A model generated the notes under the pieces. The model saw nothing but the letters and a program-made list of their open reading frames with translations. It ran no database searches and had not been told where the DNA came from. 64,000 nt of DNA from Phenylobacterium sp. (GTDB taxonomy: Bacteria; Pseudomonadota; Alphaproteobacteria; Caulobacterales; Caulobacteraceae). The stretch lies in assembly GCF_020402745.1 (NCBI RefSeq), contig NZ_JADBYZ010000024.1; one strand, 5' to 3'. Positions 1-8,083 of the stretch are shown here, piece after piece; the first letter of the stretch is position 1; every line of letters starts with the position of its first letter. A program made the translations under genes and the position numbers.

Positions 1-1
1 G

Positions 2-166
2 GGCGTCGACGCCGGGCTGACCCGGAAGGTGCTGGGCTTTGAGAGCCGGCTGGCGGCGCCCGAGGCCATCGACTGGAGCATGGAGTGGTACCGGCGGCAG
101 GCGATGGGTGAACCCGCCCTGGCCCTGTGCCGCGAGCAGATCGCGCGGTATGAGGCCCTGCCATGA
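2..166 (+). CDS. 3' end of an NDP-hexose 4,6-dehydratase-like gene (possibly CDP-glucose 4,6-dehydratase), 5'-truncated by the window edge
   Basis: An open frame from nt 2 reads GVDAGLTRKVLGFESRLAAPEAIDWSMEWYRRQAMGEPALALCREQIARYEALP*. The TGA at 164-166 overlaps the next ATG (ATGA). The C-terminal W..WY....QI..Y pattern recalls RfbG-type dehydratases, but only 54 codons are visible. Confidence 0.45.
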   Translation, partial: GVDAGLTRKVLGFESRLAAPEAIDWSMEWYRRQAMGEPALALCREQIARYEALP

Positions 167-1401
167 CTGCGCCCGCCTGCCGATTCTGCCGCACGCCCCT
201 GACCCAGGACTTCCTGGACCTGGGCCTCCAGCCCCTGGCCAACGCCTACCTGACGCCCGAACAGCTGGCGGCGGGGACGGAGAAGACCTATCCCCTGCGC
301 ACCCGGGTGTGCGGGTCCTGCTTCCTGGTCCAGGCGGACGATCCCGTGCCGGCGGGCGAGATCTTCGACGACGGCTACGCCTATTTCTCGTCCTACTCCG
401 AAAGCTGGGTGGCCCACGCCAAGGCCTACGCCGGAGCCATGGCGAAGCGGTTCGGCCTGGGGTCGGGCTCGCGGGTCATCGAGGTGGCCAGCAATGACGG
501 CTACCTGCTCCAGCACTTCGTCGCCATGGGCGTGCCGGTGCTGGGGATCGAGCCCACGGCCAATACGGCGGCCGCGGCGCGCGACCGCGGGGTTCCCACC
601 GAGGTGGTCTTCTTCCACGAGGCGACAGGCAAGGAACTGGCCGCCCGCGGCCTGACCGCCGACCTCATGGCCGCCAACAACGTCCTGGCCCACGTGCCGG
701 ACATCGGCGACTTCGTCGGCGGCTTCCAGCACGTGCTGAAACCCGAGGGCGTGCTGACCTTCGAGTTCCCGCACCTGTTGAACCTGATCGAGCAGGTGCA
801 GTTCGACACCATCTATCATGAGCACTTCTCCTACCTGTCCCTGCTGGCGGTGGAGACGGTGCTGAGGGCCAAGGGACTGCGGCCCTTCGACGTGGAGCTC
901 CTGACCACCCATGGCGGATCACTTCGGCTGTTCTGCTGCCGGGCGGAGGCGTCCCATGCCGAGACCGAGGCCCTGAGGGCCCTGCGCGCCCGGGAGGCGG
1001 CGGCGGGCCTGGATAGGCTGGAGACCTATGGCGGTTTCACCGCGCGGGTCGAGGCGGTGCGGGCGGCCTTCCTGGCCTATCTTGCCGAAGCGAAGGCGGC
1101 GGGCCGCAAGGTGGCGGCCTATGGCGCGGCGGCCAAGGGCAACACCTTCCTCAATTACGCCGGGGTCGGCGCCGCCGACATCGTCGCCTGCTTCGACGCC
1201 AACCCGCACAAGCAGGACCGCTTCCTGCCCGGGACCCACATCCCGATCCTCGCGCCGGACCAGATCGACGCCGTGCGGCCGGACGACCTCCTGATCCTGC
1301 CCTGGAACCTCCGCGAGGAGATCATGGCCCAGACGGCGCGCATCCGCGCCTGGGGCGGCCGGTTCGTCACCGCCTCGCCCGAGCCCCGGATCTGGGACTG
1401 A
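163..1401 (+). CDS. NDP-hexose C-methyltransferase (class I SAM-dependent, TylCIII-like)
   Basis: 412 aa. It has N-terminal Cys pairs CRFC...CGSC (Zn-ribbon) and the SAM motif VIEVASNDGYLL. The extended C-terminal domain (KVAAYGAAAKGNTFLNY) is typical of sugar C-methyltransferases. It is translationally coupled on both sides. Confidence 0.85.
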   Translation: MTAPACRFCRTPLTQDFLDLGLQPLANAYLTPEQLAAGTEKTYPLRTRVCGSCFLVQADDPVPAGEIFDDGYAYFSSYSESWVAHAKAYAGAMAKRFGLGSGSRVIEVASNDGYLLQHFVAMGVPVLGIEPTANTAAAARDRGVPTEVVFFHEATGKELAARGLTADLMAANNVLAHVPDIGDFVGGFQHVLKPEGVLTFEFPHLLNLIEQVQFDTIYHEHFSYLSLLAVETVLRAKGLRPFDVELLTTHGGSLRLFCCRAEASHAETEALRALRAREAAAGLDRLETYGGFTARVEAVRAAFLAYLAEAKAAGRKVAAYGAAAKGNTFLNYAGVGAADIVACFDANPHKQDRFLPGTHIPILAPDQIDAVRPDDLLILPWNLREEIMAQTARIRAWGGRFVTASPEPRIWD

Positions 1402-1934
1402 TGCGCTTTACGCCCACGCCCATCGCTGGCGCCGTGGTGGTGGATATCAACCCCGCAGAGGACGAGCGGGGCGCCTTCGCCCGTCTGTTCTGCCCCCGGG
1501 TCTTCGCCGCCGCCGGCCATCCCTTCTCGCCAGCCCAGTCCAGCCTGTCGCGGAACACCGCCGCCTTCACCCTTCGGGGTATGCACTTCCAGCCCGCCCC
1601 CTTCGACGAAGGCAAGCTGGTGCGCGTGGCGCGGGGGCGGATCTTCGATGTCGTGGTGGACCTTAGGCCACATAGCCCGACCTTCCGACAGTGGACCGGG
1701 GTGGAGCTGAGCGCCGAGACAGGGCGGGCCCTCCTGATCGGCCGGGGCCTGGCGCACGGCTTCCTGACCCTGGAGGCCCACACCGACGTCCTCTACGACA
1801 TCGACCGCTTCTTCGAGCCCGGGAAGGGCGACGGCGTGCGGTGGAATGATCCGGCCTTCGGCATCGACTGGCCGGCCGAGCCCCGGGTGATGTCCGACCG
1901 CGACGCGACCTGGCCGGACTTCAGCCCCGCCTGA
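1401..1934 (+). CDS. dTDP-4-dehydrorhamnose 3,5-epimerase-like cupin (RmlC family)
   Basis: 177 aa. RmlC-like motifs are present: RGMHFQ, KLVRVARGRIFDVVVDLR and GLAHGF. The start overlaps the upstream stop (TGATG). Confidence 0.85.
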   Translation: MRFTPTPIAGAVVVDINPAEDERGAFARLFCPRVFAAAGHPFSPAQSSLSRNTAAFTLRGMHFQPAPFDEGKLVRVARGRIFDVVVDLRPHSPTFRQWTGVELSAETGRALLIGRGLAHGFLTLEAHTDVLYDIDRFFEPGKGDGVRWNDPAFGIDWPAEPRVMSDRDATWPDFSPA

Positions 1935-1936
1935 TC

Positions 1937-2896
1937 ATGACCCGGATCCTCCTGACCGGCGCCAGTTCCTTCACCGGCCTATGGATCGCCGAGGCCCTGG
2001 CCGGGGCCGGGCACGAGGTGGTCGCCCCCCTGACCCGGGAGGCCGGCGCCTATCCCGGCCTGCGCGGCGAGCGGGTCGACCGGCTGGCCGCCAGCGCCGC
2101 GCGGGTGTTCGAAACGCCCCTCAACAGCGACCGGTTCCGCGACCTCGCCCGCACCGGGCGCTTTGACCTCTTCGCCCACCATGCGGCGGACATTCCCGGC
2201 TATCGTTCGCCCGACTACGACGTGGCGGCGGGCGTGGCGCGGAACCTGGCGGGCGCCGGGGCGGCCGTTCGGGCCGCGGCCGATGGCGGCTGCCGGGCGT
2301 TGGTCTCCACCGCGACGGTCTTCGAGCCTGGCGAGGGCGGCGAGGGCCCCGACGCCCCGGCGGTGAGCCCCTATGGCGTTTCGAAAGGCCTGACCGGACA
2401 GACCCTGGCGGGCTTTGCAGCCGAGGCCGGGCTTTCCTTCGGGCGGTTTGTCATCGCCAATCCTTTCGGCGTGCTGGAAGAGGGGCGGATGGCCTGGTCC
2501 CTCTTCCAGGCCTGGTTCCGGGGCGAGCCTGGCCGGGTGCTGACCCCGGCCTATGTTCGCGACAACCAGCCGGTCCCGGACCTGGCGGCGGCCTACGCCC
2601 GATTGGTGGAACAGCTGCTGGCGGCGGCGGGACCGGTGCGGATCGATGCCCGGCCCTCGGGGCTTGTGGGGACCCAGGGCCTCTTCGCCCGGCGGCTCGC
2701 AGACGAGGCGGGCCCGCGCCTGGGCCTGTCCTGCGACCTGGTGCTGAACGACCAGGTCGACTTCCCCGAGCCCCGGGTGCGGGTGAACGATGCGCCCTGC
2801 CTGCCCCCGGATTGGACCGGCGAGGGCTTCTTTGACGCCTATTGCGCCTACTACGCCCGGCTGGCGGCCGAGGGGCGGCTCAACGGGCCGGCGTGA
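1937..2896 (+). CDS. NAD-dependent epimerase/dehydratase (SDR) family sugar reductase/epimerase
   Basis: 319 aa. It has the Rossmann N-terminus ILLTGASSFTGLWIAEAL and the catalytic YxxxK in SPYGVSK. It follows the epimerase gene by 2 nt. Confidence 0.8.
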   Translation: MTRILLTGASSFTGLWIAEALAGAGHEVVAPLTREAGAYPGLRGERVDRLAASAARVFETPLNSDRFRDLARTGRFDLFAHHAADIPGYRSPDYDVAAGVARNLAGAGAAVRAAADGGCRALVSTATVFEPGEGGEGPDAPAVSPYGVSKGLTGQTLAGFAAEAGLSFGRFVIANPFGVLEEGRMAWSLFQAWFRGEPGRVLTPAYVRDNQPVPDLAAAYARLVEQLLAAAGPVRIDARPSGLVGTQGLFARRLADEAGPRLGLSCDLVLNDQVDFPEPRVRVNDAPCLPPDWTGEGFFDAYCAYYARLAAEGRLNGPA

Positions 2897-4082
2897 TGTC
2901 TGTGATGTCGAGGTGGTCCATGAGCCGGTCGATCTGACGGGTCCAGGACAGGTCCTCCATCAGCCGGGCGTGGGAGAGGGCGACTTCCCGGAAGGCCTCG
3001 CGGTTCCGGTAGACGGCTTCGAGGCGCTCGACGATCTCGTCCACAGAGCTTTCGCCCCAGACGTCGTAGTCGGGATTGGAGCTGGCCTCGGGGACGGGGG
3101 TCTGGTCGACCAGGGCGAAGCCGATCTGCCGGTCCAGAAGGTCCATGTGGCCGGTGTTGGCTGAGAGCAGGGAAGGCACGCCGAGGGCCAGGGTCTCCAT
3201 CGCCACCAGGTTGGTGCCGCCCTCGCAACGGTTGGGGAAGATGGCCACGTCGCACTCGCGGATGACCGGCGGCAGCAGGGCGTTGGGAATCTCGGGCAGG
3301 GCGATGACGCTATCTTCCGGCACGCCGTTCAGGGAAAGCCATCGGCGCACGTTAATCCTGCCTTCAGCGTCCAGGAGGTTGGCGCCGTCGAAGATCCGGG
3401 ACGCCATGATCTGGCGCACGCCTTCGGCCTTTGGCCAGGCGTTGTGCCAGGAGGTCACCAGCACAGCGTCGTCATGCCGCTGACGGAAGGCGCGGAAGGC
3501 GGCCGCGACGATGTCCTGGCCCTTGCGATGCTCGATCTTGCCCCCGGAGAAGATGGCGAAGCGGTCGCCCAGCAGCCCCCTGCGGGGCGCCGGATGAAAG
3601 CGGGAGGCGTCGATGCCCTGGATATTGTCGATGACATTCCGGACGCCAAGGTCCCGGAGGTGGGCGCCGTTCCAGGCGGACCCGGCGATAACGCTGTCGA
3701 ACCGGTTGAGCTGATCGATGGCCTCCGGCGAGAAGGTCGTCCGGTCGAAGAAGATACAGGCGTGGTTGGCGGTTCCCCGGGTGCGGGGGGAGAGCCGACC
3801 GAACTGGAGCTCGGCGTTGTTTCCCCGGGCGTGGATCACTGGGAACTGGCAGATGATGGGCCCCTCGCCCTGCTTCTGGATCAGCTCGACCAGGCGCGGG
3901 CGGAAGTCCATGGCCGGCTTCAGGCGAACCGCCTCAAGACCGTCCAGGGTCAGGGGCCCCGGCGATTCCAGCAGGGTCGGCAGCCGGCCGCGCCGGGTCA
4001 GGCCCAGGGCGAGCTGGGTCCCGTAGACGCCCCAGCCGAAGGTCGATCCGATCTGCCAGGCGATGCCGACATGCGGGTTCAC
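2880..4082 (-). CDS. Glycosyltransferase, GT-B fold (family 4/group 1-like)
   Basis: I placed the start at GTG 4082 (VNPHVGIAWQIGSTFGWGVYG...), because the track ORF start at 4307 would overlap the upstream gene by about 200 nt. The C-terminal motif FPNRCEGGTNLVAMETLALGVP is typical of GT4 enzymes. About 400 aa. Confidence 0.7.
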   Translation of the reverse strand: MNPHVGIAWQIGSTFGWGVYGTQLALGLTRRGRLPTLLESPGPLTLDGLEAVRLKPAMDFRPRLVELIQKQGEGPIICQFPVIHARGNNAELQFGRLSPRTRGTANHACIFFDRTTFSPEAIDQLNRFDSVIAGSAWNGAHLRDLGVRNVIDNIQGIDASRFHPAPRRGLLGDRFAIFSGGKIEHRKGQDIVAAAFRAFRQRHDDAVLVTSWHNAWPKAEGVRQIMASRIFDGANLLDAEGRINVRRWLSLNGVPEDSVIALPEIPNALLPPVIRECDVAIFPNRCEGGTNLVAMETLALGVPSLLSANTGHMDLLDRQIGFALVDQTPVPEASSNPDYDVWGESSVDEIVERLEAVYRNREAFREVALSHARLMEDLSWTRQIDRLMDHLDITDITPAR

Positions 4083-4098
4083 GTTTCCTGGCCCGCCC

Positions 4099-6387
4099 CT
4101 ACTTCCGCACCGGTTCGGCCATGGCGCGCTCGACCATGGCGTACCAGTCGGTGGAGAAGCCGCGAGCGTCGCGCAGGGGGCTGGCGCCCAGGCGGTCGCG
4201 CAGGGTGCGGCGAAGTTCGCCGATCCGGGCCGGGTCTGAGGCGAGGCGCACGGCGATGTCGACATACTCCTCGGTGGTCTTGCCGACGAGGTCGCCGAGG
4301 CCGACATTGTTGAGGATGGAATAGCTCATCCGCTCGAAGACGGCGTCGCCCACCCGGGCCACGACGGGAACCCCCATCCAGAGGGATTCGCAGGTGGTGG
4401 TGCCGCCGGTCTGGGGGAAGCTGTCGAGGGAGATGTCCATCTGGTTGTAGAAGGGCAGGTGCCGGCCGCGCACCGTCTCGAAGATGACGCGATCAGCCGA
4501 CACCCCCTGGCCCTCGAACACCTTGCGGATGTTGGTGGTGAAGGTCGGGGTCGTCCCTTCCGGTCGCACGAACATGAACTTCGAGCCCGGGGTCCCGGCC
4601 ACCGCCCGCGCCCAGGCGGTGACGGTCTCGCGGGTGTACTTGTAGGGGTTGTTGGCCGTGCCGAAGGTGACGTTGCCGTTGCGCTCCACCGGGGCGACGG
4701 GGTCCACCGCCGGCTGCTCGCGGAAGGCGCGCTCGCCCATGGCGTACCAGGTGTGGGCCAGGAGCAGGGGCTTTTCGATCACCAGCCGCGGGTCCGGCGG
4801 ATTCATCCAGGGGTCGAGGACCAGATAGTCGATGGTCTCTGGACCGGCGGAATGAGGGTAGCCCACCCAGCTCGCCTGCCGGGGGGCCGGCCGGTAGGAC
4901 ATGACCGAGAGCTTGTTCATGTGGGTGGTCGCCCCCAGCTCGAACAGCATGTCGAGGTTGTCGTCGGCGATCAGCTGGGCCGCCTCGCGGTCAGTGATGT
5001 CCTTGTGCCAGCGGAAGCCATCGACCCACTGGGTGATCTGCTTCTGGGTCGGGTCCGCCTCGCCCTGGTACCAGGAATAGCAGAAGACCTCGAACCGGCT
5101 GCGGTCGTAGTGCTCGAACAGGGGCAGGGCGAAGTAGGCCACCGGGTGACCCCGCAGGTCCGAGGACATATAGCCGACGCGGATCTTACCGCCGGGGGCG
5201 CGCGGCTCGGGGTGGGTGATGGGCCGCCGGGCGGCGGCGGCGTCGGCCAGCCGGCCCCAGATACGGTGCTGCTCGACCAGCTCCAGCCGGTCTTCCGCCG
5301 TCTTGACCCGCGCCAGGTGGGCCATCAGGGCGGTATGGCGGCCCGCCTCGGCCCAGGTGCGGCCGACCTTAGCAAAGCTGCCAAGAGCCTCCAGCCGGTC
5401 GTAGTCGGCGACGCGGACCAGGAGCTCGTAGATGACCTTCAGGTTGCCGGGGGTCAGCTCGGCCTGGTCGAGGACCCCGACCATGGTGCGGTAGGCCGAC
5501 TCCAGGTTGCCGCCCTCATCGCCCGTCCGGTCGCGCCCCAGGCTTTCGGCGTAGGTGATCCGGTAGTCGACCTTGTCAGGGTCCAGCTCGATGGCCCGCC
5601 GGAAATGCTCGTTGGCCCGGGGCCGGTCATAGTCCGTCAGCGCCCCGCCCAGCTGGAAGTGCAGCCAGGCGGCGTCCGGCGTGGCCTTGAGCATCTCCAG
5701 CATCTGTTGTTCGGCCTCGCGCATCCGCCCCGAGCGGCGGAGCATGGACAGCCGGGCCTCCTGCAGGCGCGCATCGCCCGGACAGGCCTTGAGGCCGCGG
5801 TCCAGGGCCTCCAGTCCCTCCACGGGGCCGCGGGAGTCCGAGCTGGCGGCGGAAAGGTCGAGCCAGGCGTCCACCATATCGGCCTTCAGCCGGGTGGCGA
5901 GGCTGAGTCGCTGGAGGGCCTTGTCGAATTCCTTGGCGAACCAGTGGGCGCGGCCGAGCTGACGCTGGAGTTCGGCGTTCGAGGGGGCGGCCCGGACGAG
6001 CTGCGAGAAAACCTTGATGGCGCGCGGGTCCCGGGCGTCATTGAAGACGTTGCCGAGGTTCTGCTGGATGGCGTCGCTGCGCGGGTTCAGCCGGGCCGCC
6101 TTCTCGAGGGCGTCCACCGCCTCGGGATAACGCCTGAGGCGACGCAGGGCGACGCCGAGGATGTTCCAGAGCTCCGGGTCGCGGGGATGTCGCTCCACCG
6201 AGCGCCGTCCCACCGTCTCAGCCAGGGCGTAGTCGCGGTCGCGGATCAGCATGGCGCCGAGGTTGCGGTAGATAGCCGAAGGCGCGTCCGGGTCCGACTC
6301 CAGTTGCCCGGCCATCAGGCGCTTGCCCTCATCTCGCCGTCCGGCCTGGAACGCGGCTTCGGCTTCGGCGAATCGGTTGAGGGACAT
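4099..6387 (-). CDS. TPR-repeat protein fused to a GT41 (SPINDLY/OGT-like) glycosyltransferase domain
   Basis: 762 aa. The N-terminal roughly 350 aa carry multiple TPR-like repeats (e.g. ALEKAARLNPRSDAIQQNLGNVF, FRRAIELDPDKVDYRITYAESL). The C-terminal half (IRVGYMSSDLRGHPVAYFALPLFEHYDRSRFEVFCYSW ... DSFPQTGGTTTCESLWMGVPVV) matches the Glyco_transf_41 pattern as I recall it. Confidence 0.75.
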   Translation of the reverse strand: MSLNRFAEAEAAFQAGRRDEGKRLMAGQLESDPDAPSAIYRNLGAMLIRDRDYALAETVGRRSVERHPRDPELWNILGVALRRLRRYPEAVDALEKAARLNPRSDAIQQNLGNVFNDARDPRAIKVFSQLVRAAPSNAELQRQLGRAHWFAKEFDKALQRLSLATRLKADMVDAWLDLSAASSDSRGPVEGLEALDRGLKACPGDARLQEARLSMLRRSGRMREAEQQMLEMLKATPDAAWLHFQLGGALTDYDRPRANEHFRRAIELDPDKVDYRITYAESLGRDRTGDEGGNLESAYRTMVGVLDQAELTPGNLKVIYELLVRVADYDRLEALGSFAKVGRTWAEAGRHTALMAHLARVKTAEDRLELVEQHRIWGRLADAAAARRPITHPEPRAPGGKIRVGYMSSDLRGHPVAYFALPLFEHYDRSRFEVFCYSWYQGEADPTQKQITQWVDGFRWHKDITDREAAQLIADDNLDMLFELGATTHMNKLSVMSYRPAPRQASWVGYPHSAGPETIDYLVLDPWMNPPDPRLVIEKPLLLAHTWYAMGERAFREQPAVDPVAPVERNGNVTFGTANNPYKYTRETVTAWARAVAGTPGSKFMFVRPEGTTPTFTTNIRKVFEGQGVSADRVIFETVRGRHLPFYNQMDISLDSFPQTGGTTTCESLWMGVPVVARVGDAVFERMSYSILNNVGLGDLVGKTTEEYVDIAVRLASDPARIGELRRTLRDRLGASPLRDARGFSTDWYAMVERAMAEPVRK

Positions 6388-6525
6388 GGGGGCTCCGAGG
6401 GGGGCGTCGCCGACGCGGACGGCGGAGGGGCAATCTAGGGCCTGGCGCTCGCCGGGACAATCGCCGGGGCGATGATGGCCGCGACTCCGTCGCCCGAGGG
6501 GTCGGGAGTTGGCCTTATTCCGCCA

Positions 6526-6554
6526 CTGTCATCAAACTGTCACGCAAGCGTCAT
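6526..6554 (+). promoter_or_regulatory. Pho box (PhoB binding site): three 7-bp repeats phased at 11 bp
   Basis: The sequence reads CTGTCAT-caaa-CTGTCAC-gcaa-GCGTCAT. The first 18 bp fit the enterobacterial consensus CTGTCATA(A/T)A(T/A)CTGTCA(C/T). A CATACT -10-like hexamer follows at 6552-6557, just upstream of the phoR ATG at 6569. Confidence 0.7.
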
Positions 6555-6568
6555 ACTTGCCGGATGTC

Positions 6569-7984
6569 ATGGGCGTCTTGCCCGACCGAGAACCCGACTT
6601 GCCTCAGCCCGAAACCCGCACGGAGCCTGCCGGCGCCGCCCTTGCCCTCGGCATAGCGGCGGCTCTGATGGCCGTTGCGGGGGTGTGGGCCTGGGCCGGC
6701 CGGGGGGCCACCGAGATCGCCCTCCTCCTGCTGGCCGGGGCGGCCGCAGCGGCGATTGCAGCGCGGCGGTTCCGGCCGGCCGGAATCCGGCCTTCAACTG
6801 AGGCGACCGAACACAGGGTTCGCGAGGCCGTCGAGCGGGTCGAGACCCGCTTCGCCGCCCTCCTGGACGCCGCCCCGGACCCCCTCCTTGTCGTGACCGC
6901 CCGGGAGCCCGACGACCTGAGCAGCCTGAGGATCGAGCGGGCCAACGCCGCAGCCCGCAGTCTGTTCCGCATCTCCGCCCCGCCCATGCTCCTGGTCTCG
7001 GTGCTGCGCGATCCCGAAGTGCTCTCCGCCGTCGACGAGGCGCTGTTCGGAGGCGTCGAGGCCCGGTGTGGCTTCACCTCCGGCGCCTCCCAGGAACGCA
7101 GCTTCCAGACCCTGGTCCGCCCCCTGGATGTGGAGGAGGACCAGCTGCGCCGCGCCGTGCTTCTGTTCCGGGATGAGACCGACTTGCGCAGGGCCGAGCG
7201 CACCCGGGCGGACTTCCTCGCCAACGCCAGCCACGAACTGCGGACGCCCCTGGCCTCTCTCTCTGGTTTCATCGAGACCTTGAAGGGACACGCCCGGGAT
7301 GACCGGCAGGCCCAGGATCGTTTCCTCGGGATCATGCAGAACCAGGCCGACCGGATGGGACGGCTGATTGATGACCTCCTCTCCCTCAGCCGGATCGAGC
7401 TGAACGAACATGTGGCGCCGCAGGGTGAGACCGACCTTGTCCTGGCGGCCGCCGATGTGGTGGACGCCCTGGGCCCGCAGGCCGCGCGCCGGGGGGTCAG
7501 GATCGAGGCGGACCTCCCCGCCGCAGGCTCGGTCAGGGTCCGGGGCGACCGTGACCAGCTTGTGCAGGTGATCCAGAACCTGACCGACAACGCCGTGAAA
7601 TATGCGCCCGCCGACGGCCGGGTTCAGCTGGTGGTCCGCTCCAATGTGGGGCGGGAGGCGACCCAGGCGGCGATCCTCGAGGATTCCGCCCGCCTGACCC
7701 TGGTGGCCCCGGACGCCCCCGGCGCCCGATACGCCATGATCCGGGTCCAGGACGAGGGGCCGGGCCTTGTGCGGGAGCATCTGCCCCGCCTTGCGGAACG
7801 GTTCTATCGCGTAGAGGGACAGAAGAGCGGCGAGCGTCCCGGGACCGGGCTTGGGCTCTCGATCGTCAAGCACATCGTCAACCGTCACCAGGGCGTGTTG
7901 GCCGTGGAGAGCGCACCTGGCCGCGGCACGGTTTTCACGGTCCTTGTGCCGGAGAGACTCCCCGTAATGGAAGTGTCGCAGTAA
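6569..7984 (+). CDS. phoR: Phosphate regulon sensor histidine kinase PhoR
   Basis: It has the H-box FLANASHELRTPL, the N box NLTDNAVKYAP, and G boxes DEGPGL and GTGLGLSIVKHIV. It has N-terminal TM segments and sits upstream of pstCAB-phoU-phoB. I prefer the start at ATG 6569 over 6509 because the Pho box lies inside the longer ORF. Confidence 0.88.
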   Translation: MGVLPDREPDLPQPETRTEPAGAALALGIAAALMAVAGVWAWAGRGATEIALLLLAGAAAAAIAARRFRPAGIRPSTEATEHRVREAVERVETRFAALLDAAPDPLLVVTAREPDDLSSLRIERANAAARSLFRISAPPMLLVSVLRDPEVLSAVDEALFGGVEARCGFTSGASQERSFQTLVRPLDVEEDQLRRAVLLFRDETDLRRAERTRADFLANASHELRTPLASLSGFIETLKGHARDDRQAQDRFLGIMQNQADRMGRLIDDLLSLSRIELNEHVAPQGETDLVLAAADVVDALGPQAARRGVRIEADLPAAGSVRVRGDRDQLVQVIQNLTDNAVKYAPADGRVQLVVRSNVGREATQAAILEDSARLTLVAPDAPGARYAMIRVQDEGPGLVREHLPRLAERFYRVEGQKSGERPGTGLGLSIVKHIVNRHQGVLAVESAPGRGTVFTVLVPERLPVMEVSQ

Positions 7985-8083
7985 TGACCTACGGCATGAC
8001 GAGGCGTGTCCGTTCCAGGGCCTTTCCCGAAGGCTTAGGGAGGTCTTGCGCCAGGCCCGGAGAGAGCCGGAAGTGATCCAAAG

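Noticed and set aside
4459-6438. 659-aa plus-strand ORF.
   Set aside because: It is antisense to the TPR/GT41 gene, whose TPR and GT41 motifs are clear on the minus strand.
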